NCBI RefSeq assembly: GCF_018350175.1
Contig: NC_058382.1
Coordinates: 54,748,001 to 54,812,000, forward strand
Direction: 5' to 3'
Length of the DNA stretch: 64,000 nucleotides
Origin: Felis catus
Taxonomy: Eukaryota
Shown: positions 1-11,864 of the stretch, one piece after another
Layout: each line of letters starts with the position of its first letter
Position numbering within the stretch: the first letter of the stretch is position 1
The notes under the pieces: model-generated
What the model was told of the DNA's origin: nothing
Seen by the model: the letters and a program-made list of their open reading frames with translations, nothing else
Databases searched by the model: none
Translations under genes and position numbers: made by a program

Positions 1-330
1 CACTTGCCTTGAGTATCTTGACAGAGTTGTGTGACCATCACGACGATGGATTTTAAAACATTTTCATGACCCTGGAAAGGAACCTTGCACCCCTTAACCC
101 ACGCCCCTCCCCCAGCTCTATGTAACCACTAATCCCCTTCCTCTCTCTGAGGATCTGCCTGTTGGAGACACGTCATATACGTGGACCCATGCGCCAGGTG
201 GTCCCCTGTGGCTGGCTGCCCTCCCTCCGCACGGTGTTTCGGAGGTCTGTGTCTGTTGCAGCGTGTATCAACCCTTCCTTCCTTTTCACGGAGGATTATG
301 TGCATACTGTTTTGTGTGCGACTGTTTTCA
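1..330 (-). mobile_element. Old L1 (L1M-type) 3'UTR fragment
   Basis: Degenerate motifs typical of antisense L1MB-like 3' ends (aacattttcatgaccc...gtaaccactaatc...gatctgcctgttggagac). They resemble the element at 20270-21730. Confidence 0.6.
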
Positions 331-619
331 CTTACACGTGTATCTAAACATCTCCCCATGACATTAAATATTCTTCTGCAACATCATTTTAAATATTCGT
401 GTGACGGTCCCTGGCCAGGATTCGTCACTATTCACTCACCTAATGCCCTGCTACTGAATCGTCCGCGTCTTGCATTAAAAATGACCACGAGGCCAGACAT
501 TATCTTCAATTAGGGTGATGCTCCCAGAGGCTACAGAGACTTCTGGCTCCAGAACTCACTGACTTCACGACTTAATTAATTTAAATGAAAGCAAATCCAA
601 TTCACCTCGATTTTGGTGG

Positions 620-810
620 CTCCTATCACTAAATGCACTGTATGTGCCGGGTACTTTGCTAGGCGTTTTATTTTCCTTGCCTCACTTAATGAGCAAAACA
701 ACCTATGGGAGAGGTCCTCATGTTAGCCTCATTTTACAGATGGAGAAACCGAGGCCCAGAGAGGTTCAGGAACATGCCCCAAGTGGCAGAGCCATGATTG
801 GCACCTGTCT
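620..810. mobile_element. MIR SINE
   Basis: MIR core: cctcattttacagatggagaaaccgaggcccagagaggtt...gccccaag. Similar MIR remnants occur near 5640-5850, 8600-8810, 22620-22830, 23100-23270, 27330-27530, 27690-27900, 36350-36480 and 59500-59620. Confidence 0.75.
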
Positions 811-3546
811 CTCCGTGCATACTCATAGCTGGTAAAGGTGAAACTCTCCTGCTCTCCCCTGGAAAGAGCCCAGACGGGTCCCCCTCTGCAGGCCTGGGAA
901 ATGGAAGACACTCGGACAGAAGGCCCAGGGAGCCTCCTCCCACCTCACTGCCGGGCTCCAATCAGTCAGTGGGGCCTGCGTGTGCACCCAGGTTTCTCTG
1001 GTCCCGGAGTCGGGGTTCTTTCCTGTCTTGTCGGCATTTCCCCATCTGCCGTCATTGGTTTACCTCTGTCCCGATTTTCATTTTTATCACCTCAATTTAA
1101 CCCTTAAAAAATCGTGTTTTGTTTTAACCATCTCCCTCTTGAGAGGTAACCCGTCGCTTGTCACTGGAAAGAGAGCATCGCTCACTGCAATCGGGAGACA
1201 AGCCGGGGGAAGCAGTGGCAGTAAAGCAGAGGTCTTACTCTCTGGTCGGGTAACCGCGGCTGGCCAAGACTTCACCTCTTTGTTGAGAAGAAAGTCCTAA
1301 GAGTACTAGGTGTTAAAGAGCTAATGGCACCTGACTCAGACTCTCCTTGACCCGGTCGGAAAGATCGGGAAGAGAAAAAGGAGTGGACTTTCTCCTCACG
1401 GGGTTCAGGGCTGTTGAGTGAGTGGCCACTTTCCACGAAGTCGTCACATGGGCTCCTGGCCTCTGCGGTCTCCACTCTGGGCAGCCCCGCAGGGCCAAGC
1501 AGGGCCAGTCTTGGTGTCCTGGTTCCGGGAAGCGGTGGTGGGAGGTGGTGTCACAGAGCACACAGGTGCACATCCCGAGGCCCGGCCCTGCCTCACGCCG
1601 ACCTCAGCCTGGGGATGAAACCTGGACAGGAAACACTCCCTCCCACTGCCCACACACCGAGGATTTTATAGCCTTTTATCATGCTTGAAAAGTGATTTGC
1701 TTCCTTGGAACCAAGCTAAGAAGTTCAGCATGTGGATTTTGAAAAGCCACCGTGTGAACCATCTACTGCTTTGAAACCAGCAAAGAAGAGTGAGCCCTGG
1801 GAAGCGTAGCTCTGGCCACGCTTTTTAATTGCTATTTATTGTCCCTTAAAAAGGCTCCTTGCTTCACTTTCAAGTTGCCCTGCCTGCGTATTGAAATCGG
1901 AAAGTTGAGCACATGCCCATGGCAGACATGTCCCCGTCTGGCAGCTCCAATTCCGTTCTACCCAAAGGCTTATTAGGACGAACCGAAGGAGATACCACCT
2001 GCCTCCGGCACCCTTCAGTCTGGGGCCGTTGCTCATGGCTGTCCCCCTGCCTGAAACCCTGTCCTACTCGGATCAGGCCTCTGCTCCTGACTTGGCTGCA
2101 GGTTGGACTCACCTGGGGGTTCTGAGACCACACCTGGGCGGACCCCGGTGTAGACCAGTGAAGGCAGAACTTCTGGGTGGAGGTGGAGGACCTGGAGGGG
2201 GGGGGGTGCGAAGGCGTGGTCTCAGCCCACAGAGGCTTTCGATTTGCAAGCAGGGAGAACCAACCTCAGTCTGGCAAATTCCTGTTGGCCCTACAGGTGT
2301 CAGGGTCATTGCTCCCCTCAGAGGACCTCGTACGTGCCAATGGCACTTGCAGCTCCTGCTGAACCCTTGTCCCCGGCAAGGGAGCTTGTTCAGTCACCGG
2401 ACCCGTGACGCTCTGAGAGCCAGAGCCCGTCCTCCTGTCAGCTGATTGTCCCACGCACGTCACAGGGCCCGGCCCTTGGAGGGTCCTCGTTAAGCTTTTA
2501 ACCACTTTAACTCAATGAACGCATGACGTGCGGATGAGAAATGAGTGGGTCTCTGAAAGGACGCGGGTCTGTCTTTAACATTGGGAACATTTCCCAAGTG
2601 GCAAGTGCTCTCCACAGAGAATGGGCAAGAGTGAAGTATACTTAAAAGTCTGGGATGTCCCGGCTGCCCCAGATTCTCTTGCGTTTGGGCCAGCTGGGGT
2701 CAGAGGAAGGTGGGGCCCCTTGGCACGGTGGCCTGTTTTTGTAGGGCGGTGCAGGGGTTGTCCCAGGCGGGGCCGGGCTGGGAGGGGCGTGGGCGCGTAC
2801 AGACAGCTCTGTGGCCGCCCTGCGCGTCCGGTGGGGCTCCGGGGGGGCTGCCTCCAGGGGGGTTTGTGAGCACTAGCCTTCCCTTCCGACAGCTATCCTT
2901 GCGTAAGCCGCCACCGTGGGAGGAGGCGTTGTGGACCTACGAGGGGTGGCTTCCACTCCTGGCTCAGTAGTTTGGGTTTTTGTCTTGATCCTAAATGTGA
3001 AAACAAAGACCCCCCCCCCCCCACCTCAAAAGCTGCCATTTATTGAGAGCTCATTATCTGCCGGGAACCTGTGTTAGATGTCGTTTTTGCTTTTAGACCC
3101 CGGCAAGAGGGGCCCCTGCTCTGGCCTGGGCATTTGGGGGGTCCTAATCCAGACTTTCTCTGGCAGTGTCCTTCCTTCACAGAGTGGGGGGTTCTTCGGG
3201 CCAAGGGGCCATGCCCACCCAGCCAGGTGCCTTCCTCTTCCCCAGCCATGAACCAGCTACCTGGGATCTGTGAATTCCCTCCCCCAAAAGCCCCAACACT
3301 GCTTCCAGCACTTGCCTCTGTCTTCCTAAAGGCAGGCTGTGCCCCTGGTGTACAGGCCTCAGACCCACAAGGTGGCCAGAATTTGGCTCTTGGCTTCGGT
3401 CATGCTGGCTGGGGCTTTTGTGCAGTGGGAAGAAAGGGGGACAGGGACAAAGAACCCGGGCCCAGAGGCTGGCCCTTGTCTGCCACCCTATTCTGGCTCA
3501 GAACTCAAGGAGTCCTAGAATTCCAAATTCACACATCCTTCCAGAC

Positions 3547-3729
3547 CAGCACTGTGCAAGAGTCCACTGCGGCTATGACACATTCTCTATCTGAGGCAGT
3601 AGCCACGAGATACGTGTGCCATTGAAATGTGCCTTGTGCAGCTGAGGAAGAGGATGTGTAATTGTTCTTAAGTTTGAGTAAAATGTAAATAGCCACATGT
3701 GGTTAGTGGTTGCCCTCTCAGACAGCGCA
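3547..3729. mobile_element. hAT-Charlie MITE (MER3-like)
   Basis: cagcactgt... and ...gacagcgca termini, with the internal aaatagccacatgtggttagtgg characteristic of MER3/MER33. Confidence 0.6.
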
Positions 3730-5189
3730 CTTCTGTGTTATGAAGGTCTGTGTATCGAGGAGGGGGAGAAAATGGTATTTCATGTAACAGTTTGCTCAAC
3801 GCATTTAGACATAGGGTTCGTGGGTCTCCACTCTACTTGTTGGTCCTGAAAATTTGTGGAACTGTTAAATGCTTTGCAAGCCTCTCATCTAATCAGTAGG
3901 ACGCCCCTCTGAGTTGCTTGCTATCCCCATGACTACGGATGAGAGAGAAAGTAACTTGCCCAACACTGCAGAAATATCCGTGGGATTTTGAGCTGGGATT
4001 TGCATGCGTGTCTCTCTGGCTCCAAGTTACTAACTACAATGTCCCTGGCCCTGGCCCAGGTGTTTTCATCACCATTGTTTAATTGTAACCAGTCTTCAGC
4101 TGCAGGTCAAAGCAACCTCACTTGTGCTCACCACCCATTCAAAAAGTTATAAATCGCCCCCATATTTTACAAACTACGGAACAGCCTCAGGGAGGCCTGG
4201 GGGGTGGGGGGGGGCTGCTCAAGTTCACACAGATAGCCAGAGAGCCAGATTTCACACACAGGGCTTCTGACCCCCAAAGCCAGTGTTTCGGGGAATTACC
4301 GAGATGGCTGCTTCGCACAGAGTTGCCTCGAGTTGGGGGATTTCAAAACAAACCTGTAGGATTTTGTTGAATTCGGGCTGGAAAGCTGTTTCTTCCCAAA
4401 GCTGAGCACGCCGGCCACAAAAAGCAGCTGAGTCACGTTGGTGACTGCTTTGTGGAAAAATTCAGTTTATCCCTCAACCAGTCTGACCAGTTTCAGGCCA
4501 GAATTATAAGTCTCTGCAGACCGACTCCCCGAGACACAAGCCCAGGGCATGCACAACAGGCCTGTTGCTGTCGGGTGACGACAAGGCACCAGGCAGAGCC
4601 TCTGCCGATTTGTGGCTCGATGCAGGAGGAGGCATTCCAGAACTTCAGTTTACAAGACAGCACCGGGGTGCCGGGTGCCGGGTGGGACTTTTTCACGCAT
4701 TTCATCTCCTTGAATTCCTGCAGCCACCCTGTGAAGCACATGTTTTGCACCTTGACAGTGGAAGGAAAAGCTTACTGAGTTACGCATCCACTCCGTTCAT
4801 CCAGCAGTTCCTTCCTGGGAGCTGTGCCTTGGCGACGTTGCGGACTGAGTGGTCAAGGGAGGGGATGTTTTGAGCAGAGACCTGCAGGATGGGAAGGGAC
4901 TGGCCTCAGGGCCTTTGTACCTGCTTTGCCCTACTGCCTGCAGTGCTCTTGCTTTGGAGCGAAAGACTTGCAGTGTGAAGGGCCCAAACTCTTCTTCCCT
5001 CTGTGGCCTTGGACAAATCACCTTCCTTCTCCGGGCCTGCTTTCTCTTCTGTAAGTTGAGGGGTTGAACTAAGCAAATCTCAAAGGGCCCCTGCAGCCCA
5101 GCTGCTGTAGGATGCAGTACCTTAGCATCCCCTTCCCGGCAAAAAGCTGCTATCACTCAAACAGGTTTCATTTAATTATAAAATCCCTA

Positions 5190-5412
5190 GGGGCGCCTGG
5201 GTGGCGCAGTCGGTTAAGCGTCCGACTTCAGACAGGTCACGATCTCGCGGTCCGTGAGTTCGAGCCCCGCGTCGGGCTCTGGGCTGATGGCTCGGAGCCT
5301 GGAGCCTGTTTCCGATTCTGTGTCTCCCTCTCTCTCTGCCCCTCCCCCGTTCATGCTCTGTCTCTCTCTGTCCCAAAAATAAATAAAAACGTTGAAAAAA
5401 AATTTAAAAAAA
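5190..5412 (+). mobile_element. Young CanSINE (SINEC_Fc type), BCO1 intron 7
   Basis: tRNA-like head with A/B boxes (GGGGCGCCTGGGTGGCGCAGTCGG...GAGTTCGAGCCC), a CT-rich linker and an AATAAA/A tail. Perfect TSD TAATTATAAAATCCC at 5173-5187 and 5413-5427. Confidence 0.95.
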
Positions 5413-6463
5413 TAATTATAAAATCCCATTTTGGAAAATTTGGGAAGTAGAGAAAAGTTTAAATGAGGAGAAGTCAGCCATAGCAATAACTCTCGCCCTG
5501 TAGACTCCGTGAAGGCAGGGACTCCGTCTTGCTTCTCCTCCATCGTCTGACCTGCGCTCGCCCCCGGTGGTATAGTGAGTAATATAATCACAACAATGGT
5601 AATAATATAACAATGGTGGTGTTATCAGCTTGCAACTAGCATTTATTTAGCACTGACTGTTAACCAGACCCTCCTGTAAACCGTTTTCAGGGATTATTTT
5701 ATTCAACCTGCACAATAACTTAGAGACACATATACATTCTTTATATACACTCTTTACACATATACACATCTGCTGTACCTCACTATAAAGATGAGGCAGC
5801 GGCTTCCCAGGTACTAAGTAACTTGCTCAAGTGCCCATAGCTTCTACGTAGGGAAATGGGGAGTAGTAGAAGCTCAATAAAGAATCGATTGTTTTCAATC
5901 CCTCTCCTGGATTACAACCACGACGAGTAAGACCCTAAACAAAGTCTGATTGTACGTTGAGACCAAGGAATGTCCTTGGTCGATCTTTGACTCCCAAGTA
6001 ATGATGATTGCCTGTTTGTTTTCATTTCAGCAGTGGTTTTCATAAGAGAAAGTCCTGAAAATACAGGGAAGTGTAGAAAAAGGAAGTCCCCATAATTCCA
6101 CTGCCTGCTGTCTTGTTAGTATTTGGTGTATTTCCCCCAGGCTCTTTTCAGTGTCATTTTTTTTTGACCTCATTGAGCTCAGGCTGCGTATACAATTTAC
6201 TCTGCTGCAGTTCTCAGTACTCTCTCATGAGCATTTCCCATGTTATTATGAACTCTTTATAAACATCCTTTTAATGACTGATGCAGCCTTGTACAGGTGA
6301 ATCACCTAGTATTTAAAAAGTGAGAACCTACTAGCACATTAGTTTTACCTGTGGAAGATAATGTAGCCCAGAGTAGTAGAAAAGAGCCAGGAGTTTAGGG
6401 ACCCTCATCCCACCACCTACCAGCTACACCCTCTCAGAGAATGAGAATAATACTGATAATACA

Positions 6464-7090
6464 GGGGCGCCTGAGTGGCTCAGTCGGTTAAGCGTCAAAC
6501 TCTTGATGTGAGCTCAGGTCACAATCCCATGGGTCCATGAGATCGAGCCCCATGCTGGGCTCTGTGCTGACATTGTGGATCCTGCTTGGGATTCTTTCTC
6601 TCCCTCTCTCTCTGCTCTTCCCCATTGTGCATGTGTGTTTGCTCTCCCTCCTTCTCTCTCTCTCTCTCTCTCTCTCTTTCAAAATATACGTTTAAAAAAA
6701 AAAAAGAATACCAATAATATAATAGCTGCTTCCTGTGGTTTACATGAGGCCAGAAGAAGATGACATCCTCTAGGGGCACCTGGCTACCTCAGTTGGTTGA
6801 GCAACTTCAGCCCAGGTCATGATCTCGTGGTTCACAAGTTTGAGCCCCGCATTGGGCTCTGTGCTGACAGCTCAGAGCCTGGAGCCTGCTTCGGATTCTG
6901 TGTCTCCCCCTGTCTCTGCCCCTCCCCAGCTTGCGTGCTCTCTCACGCTCTCAAAAATAATTAAAAACGTTAAAAAATTTTTTTTGAAAGATGACATCCT
7001 CTAAAGCACTTTTTTTTAATGCTATGAGTTTATTTATTTACTTTGAGAGAGAGAAGGAGAGAGGATGAGAGAAAATCCCAAGCAGGCTCC
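6464..7090. mobile_element. CanSINE cluster: + 6464-6705, + 6773-6987, partial - 7010-7090
   Basis: CanSINE heads and tails. The second copy has TSD AAGATGACATCCTCTA at 6757-6772 and 6988-7003. Confidence 0.9.
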
Positions 7091-7182
7091 CCTAAACCAC
7101 TTTGTTAAACATACACGGTATAGCACTTGTTTGCTCTGGGTAACAAGTGGTCGATTTTTTTCTTGAAAACTGATTCTTTCAG

Positions 7183-7288
7183 AATGCAGAAGTGGGATCA
7201 AATGTAGTCAAACTGGCATCCACAACGGCAAGAGCCCTGAAGGAAAAAGATGACCGAGTCTACTGCCAGCCGGAGCTGCTTTATGAAG
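7183..7288 (+). CDS. BCO1: Beta-carotene 15,15'-oxygenase, internal coding exon (exon 8 by human numbering), 106 bp
   Basis: The acceptor ttctttcag|AAT and donor GAAG|gtaaaa enclose NAEVGSNVVKLASTTARALKEKDDRVYCQPELLYE(G). This matches recalled human BCO1 NAEVGTNLIKVASTTATALKEEDGQVYCQPEFLYEG. Phase 0 to 1. Confidence 0.96.
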
Positions 7289-7720
7289 GTAAAATGCCTC
7301 CCTTCCGGATGCTCAGGGAAGGAGCAGGACCTCAGGAATCCCCCGAGGCCTCTCAGTACCTCCTTCTGATGCAGAAGAGCTGTGCTTGGACACGGGGCAA
7401 ACGGAAAGGCTCTTGGGGTGCCCCGGTAGAAAGCATCTGGGGACAGTTCTCTTTCGCGTATCTTCAAACGCCTCCCAGGAGGGCACTGGGGGTGGGGGTG
7501 CTCATTGGATGATTTCACAGCTGGCCTCTGTAAATGCTCCAATTTGTCAAAGGCTGACTTACTGAAGAGGGGCAGCTTGTTTGCATTTCTACTTTACCCC
7601 TTGAAAATACCCTGCGGGACAGGGGCCATCAGCCCCATTTTATGGAGGAGAAAATGGCTCAGAGAGGCTGGGCTCGACACAGCGTGTAAACCCCTCCCAT
7701 AAAAGTCGTACCCGTAAGGG

Positions 7721-7929
7721 CAGGTCTTCTCAACCTGGGCACCCCTGACAATGGGTCATTCTCTGTGACTGGGGCCATCCTGGGCTACATCCTGGGATGT
7801 AGAGCAGCATCCCTGGCCTTGACCCACCAGATGCCTGTAGCACCTGCACCCTGAACTGGCGCGACCAAAAACATGTTCAGACATCGCCAACGTCCCTGGG
7901 GGCACCATCACCCTGACTGAGAACCGCTG
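7721..7929. mobile_element. MER20 (hAT-Charlie MITE)
   Basis: Termini CAGGTCTTCTCAACC and TGAGAACCGCTG, with internal agcagcatccctggcctt...ccaccagatgcc...cagacatcgccaa...tccctggggg matching recalled MER20. Confidence 0.8.
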
Positions 7930-9348
7930 CCCTAGGAGCCTATGAGGCAGGGACCGTGTTCCTGTGCTCAGTGTATCACCAGCACGTGACAAAAGCGTGA
8001 CTTAGAGGGGGAGGTCTGTGCTCAACGCGGGCAAGGAACGAGGGTGCTAGAGGGTGGCAGGGCGCGGTTCTGCCTTGCTCTCCACGTCAGCTGCCCCCTA
8101 CCGGGTTCAGGCATCTGGAGGGACACCGTCCTGGGGACTTTGTTAGGATGACCCCAGCTTTGCCCATAAGAACCCCTGCTGTAAACGGCATCTTGTGGAT
8201 GCTTGAGCAGGCTCTGTGTGGGGCCCCCACCGCTGGGAGTCATCTTTAGAAGTGAATGTATAGATCTTGGTCCCAATTCTTAAGGCATTAACCCCCATCT
8301 CGGCTCACCCGCCACATGGCATGGGCAGACGGAGGCTTAAAACGTTCTGGGTGTTTTTGCATCTGAGAAGAGAATTCTCGCTTATTGTGGCAAACTTGGG
8401 CAATGCTGAGAAGCATGGCAATAGACAGCTCCCTCGTAATCCCTCCGTCCGTGGCAACCCTTTGGAAATCCCCATTGTCTTTCTGTCGGGTGTGGGTTCC
8501 TTGGCATATGCCAGCCCTCTTCTAGGGCTCCCCAGACATCGCCTCATCTCACCCCGACAGTCTCATCCTGTTGTCCTTGACGTTACATGAGTTCGCGTCC
8601 ATGAAGCACTTCACCGAGAACCTGGCCCCTAGTGAGAGTCCAGCACAAAGTAGAAGTTACCAGAACAATCCTGGGAGGCAGGTGTTGGCACGTGTTATTC
8701 TTGTTTTAGAGCTGAGAATGGCAAAGGTGAGGATAATTCAGTAACCTGCCCACAGACAGGCAGCAGAGTCAGGATCTGAACCCAGGTCTCTCAGACTCCA
8801 AAGCCCTTACCCCCTGGATCTATAGTTTTACAAAATGCATACCATACCATCCAGGATATTTAGAAATGGCTTCTTCCGTTTAATGGATATAGCCTGAGAA
8901 CTTCCCTACATCCTGAAGATTCTTCAAGAGCGTGGCTTCAATAGCCTCACGGAATTCGCAGGGATGAATCATATTTTACATAACCAAGTCATTTACAGGG
9001 TGGAGATTGGGGGGGCGGGGTGCGATCCTAGACCAGGTTTGAGGCCCAGGAGCACCACGGGAAGTCTGGGGCCAACTGTGGGCATCTTTTTCTGATTTCT
9101 GTATGTGGGTGGTCCCTCTTCACATTCACCAGGACATCTCTTGGAACTCTCCCAACTACTTGCCTGTGGGACTGGACATCTTCCCACCTCTCCCAGCCAT
9201 GCAGGGGCACGAGAGCCTGATAACTGATGCTCCCCGCCTGCTTCCTCTTTTCCCAGACATTATATTTTCACCAGCAGTTGGCTCCAGCTGCCTGGAATAT
9301 TTCATACAGAGGGGACTTTCATCCCAGCGCTTAAACTTAGAGATTCAA

Positions 9349-9543
9349 GGGCTCCTGGTGGCTCAGTCGGTTAAGTGACTTCAGCTCAGGTCATGATCTC
9401 ATGGTTCGTGGGTTCGAGCCCTGCATCGGGCTCTATGCTGACAGCTCAGAGCATGGAGCCTGCTTTGGATTCTGTGTCTCCTTCTCTCTGCCCCTCCCCT
9501 GCTTACACTCTGTCTGTCTCTCTCTTCCTCTCATAAATAAACA
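9349..9543 (+). mobile_element. CanSINE, BCO1 intron 8
   Basis: SINE body flanked by TSD TTAAACTTAGAGATTCAA (9331-9348 and 9544-9561). Confidence 0.92.
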
Positions 9544-10310
9544 TTAAACTTAGAGATTCAACCTGACACTCCAGACATGTATGTATGCGTGTACATCGAC
9601 AAAATTTTCAGGTCTTTTTGATTACAAAAGTAATAGGTACAAGAAAAATGTCATGCAACACGAAACCCATAGGTATACACTATAAAACATAAACTACAAG
9701 GAGGTTCTAACCCCAGCTGTGCTTCTGAACCTTTTCTCTTCTTTTGTAATATAGTGGAGATAATTCTATAACCAGCCTTTCACGCTTTATCTTATGATAT
9801 GGACACTTTCCCGTATTATTAAAATTCTTTGTAAACATTAGTTTATGTTATTACGTGAATTCACCAGATTTGTTTAACTGTTCCCCATTGAGACTCCTTT
9901 CCATGGTTTCAGGGGTTTTTCTTTTTGGTCTACACCCCCACACATGTGCATGCACACATGAGCATTTTTTGTTTTTTTTTGAAGAGCTTTAAAAAAAATT
10001 GCAGTGGCCTCTGATTTTAATCATGCAATTCTCTCTGATTTCTATCTTGGATAATTAAAGATGCTTATACACTTAAAAAACTAGGTCTGTCTTACCTTGC
10101 TCCGGAACCTTCTAATAGAGCCAGAGTAATTATCAGAGGTTCCCTCCCCCTACTCTGCTACCAACCTTGATCTAATCCAGGGCCTGAAGCAAGTTCAGGG
10201 ATCCTGGATAGGGAGCCATTTTTGTGGAAAGGATGCCCAGCCTGGCATGAAGGGTAGATGTTCCCAGCCCGCGGTGATGGGGACTTCATCAGCCGTGTCC
10301 TTCTCTCCAG

Positions 10311-10405
10311 GCTTAGAGCTGCCTCGGATCAATTATGCTCACAACGGGAAGCCCTACCGCTATGTCTTTGCGGCCGAAGTTCACTGGAGTCCCATCCCAA
10401 CCAAG
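10311..10405 (+). CDS. BCO1: BCO1 coding exon 9, 95 bp
   Basis: ttctctccag|GC ... AAG|gtacc. Encodes (G)LELPRINYAHNGKPYRYVFAAEVHWSPIPTK, including the conserved ELPRIN motif (Glu405). Phase 1 to 0, in frame with the previous exon. Confidence 0.96.
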
Positions 10406-11073
10406 GTACCAATCCCCGGGTGATTTGGGCCGGTGCTCCCGACAATGATCATGTCCACCTGCAAAGCTGAACTCTAGGATCTCAGACTGGGTGACCTTGA
10501 TCAGAAAAGGGAGGTCTTTTTGGGGACAGAGGGCAGATCAGAGAGTGAGGTCAGTGGGACAAAATACAGGAAAAGCACTGATAGGCCAGCCAAGGGAGGG
10601 AGCCATACCTGAGGGGCTGAAGCTCAGGAAGGAGGTCACGGCTATGGTTCATCCATTGATTTCTTTATTTAGCATGTTTATTGAGCACCAACCATGTGCT
10701 ACACCGTGCAGGCACTGAGGATAAGGAAGTGAACAGGGGGATCCCAGCCTCTGCCTTCAAGGAACTCACCCTCTCGAGCAGAGGGCTGAAACTCAGAGCA
10801 TTTATTTTGTTTTTTAAACTACGATTTGTTGAACAATTACTGTATCCCAGGGACTATACTCAGTGTTATACACGCGTCACTTGTCTTTAACATCTTCATT
10901 TTTTAATAATAAAATGGAATACCTTTTTTAAAAAATGCAAACAGTGCAAAAATGTACAGAGCAAACAATTAAGGTTCACAAACACACACCCCTAGCCACT
11001 CCCCACTTGTCCCACACCCTGAGGGGAAACAGGTCTGTTACGGATTAAGAGAAGTCCAGGGACTTGCACTTTT

Positions 11074-11285
11074 TTTTTTTTTTTAACGTTTATTCAGTTT
11101 TTGAGAGACAGAGAGAGACAGGGAATGAGCAGGGGGAGACAGAGAGGGAGACACACAATCTGAAGCAGGCTCCAGGCTCTGAGCTGTCAGCACAGAGCCC
11201 AACACGGGGCTCAAACTCACAAACTGCGAGATCATGACCTGAGCTGAAGTTGGAGGCTTAACTGACCAAGCCACTCAGGCGCCCC
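11074..11285 (-). mobile_element. CanSINE, BCO1 intron 9 (inside the TSD of the adjacent L1)
   Basis: Poly-T, (GA)n and a reverse-complement SINE head ending caggcgcccc. Confidence 0.93.
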
Positions 11286-11303
11286 TCAAACTTCAGTGTT
11301 GGG

Positions 11304-11737
11304 TTTTTTTTCATATTTTATTTTATTTTATTTTATTTTATTTATTTTATTTTATTTATTTTTTAAGTAAAAGTTTTTACTATTTTTTAAAAATTTACAT
11401 CCAGATTAGCATATAGTGCAACAATGATTTCAGGAGTAGATTCCCTAATGCCCCTTACCCATTTAGCCCATCCCCCCTGTCACAATCCCTCCAGGAACCC
11501 TCTGTTTGTTCTCCATATTTAAGAGTCTCTCATGTTTTGTCTCTCCCTGTTTTTGTATTATTTTTGCTTCCCTTCCCTTGTGTTCATCTGTTCTGTGTCT
11601 TAAAGTCCCCATATGAGTGACATCATATGATATTTGTCTTTCTCTGACTAATTTCACTTAGCATAATACCCTCTAGTTCCATCCACATAGTTGCAAATGG
11701 CAAGATTTCATTCTTTTTGATTGCCGAGTAATACTCC

Positions 11738-11793
<56 letters not shown>

Positions 11794-11864
11794 CCACATC
11801 TTCTTTATCCATTCATCCATCAGTAGACATTTGGGCTCTTTCCATACTTTGGCTATTGTTGATT
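11304..11864 (-). mobile_element. 5'-truncated carnivore L1 (ORF2 end + 3'UTR + (TAAAA)n tail)
   Basis: The minus strand translates as MDEWIKKMWY...MEYYSAIKKNEILPFATMWMELEGIMLSEISQ, the L1 ORF2 C-terminus. It has an internal (GT)25 and an A-rich tail at about 11304-11390. Confidence 0.92.
11741..11790. repeat. (GT)25 microsatellite inside L1
   Basis: Read directly from the sequence. Confidence 0.98.

Noticed and set aside
5190..5275. tRNA-like A and B boxes
   Set aside because: This is the head of a tRNA-derived SINE followed by a CT tract and A tail, not a tRNA gene.
5112..5591. Recurring ORF peptides such as GAPGWRSRLSVRLQ and WDRERQSMNGGGAEREGDTESE (also near 21000, 22400 and 45100)
   Set aside because: They are translations of CanSINE copies, not a gene family.
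1..7182. BCO1 exon 7 (FHHVNAYEEDG...)
   Set aside because: Not found, so the window appears to start inside intron 7.
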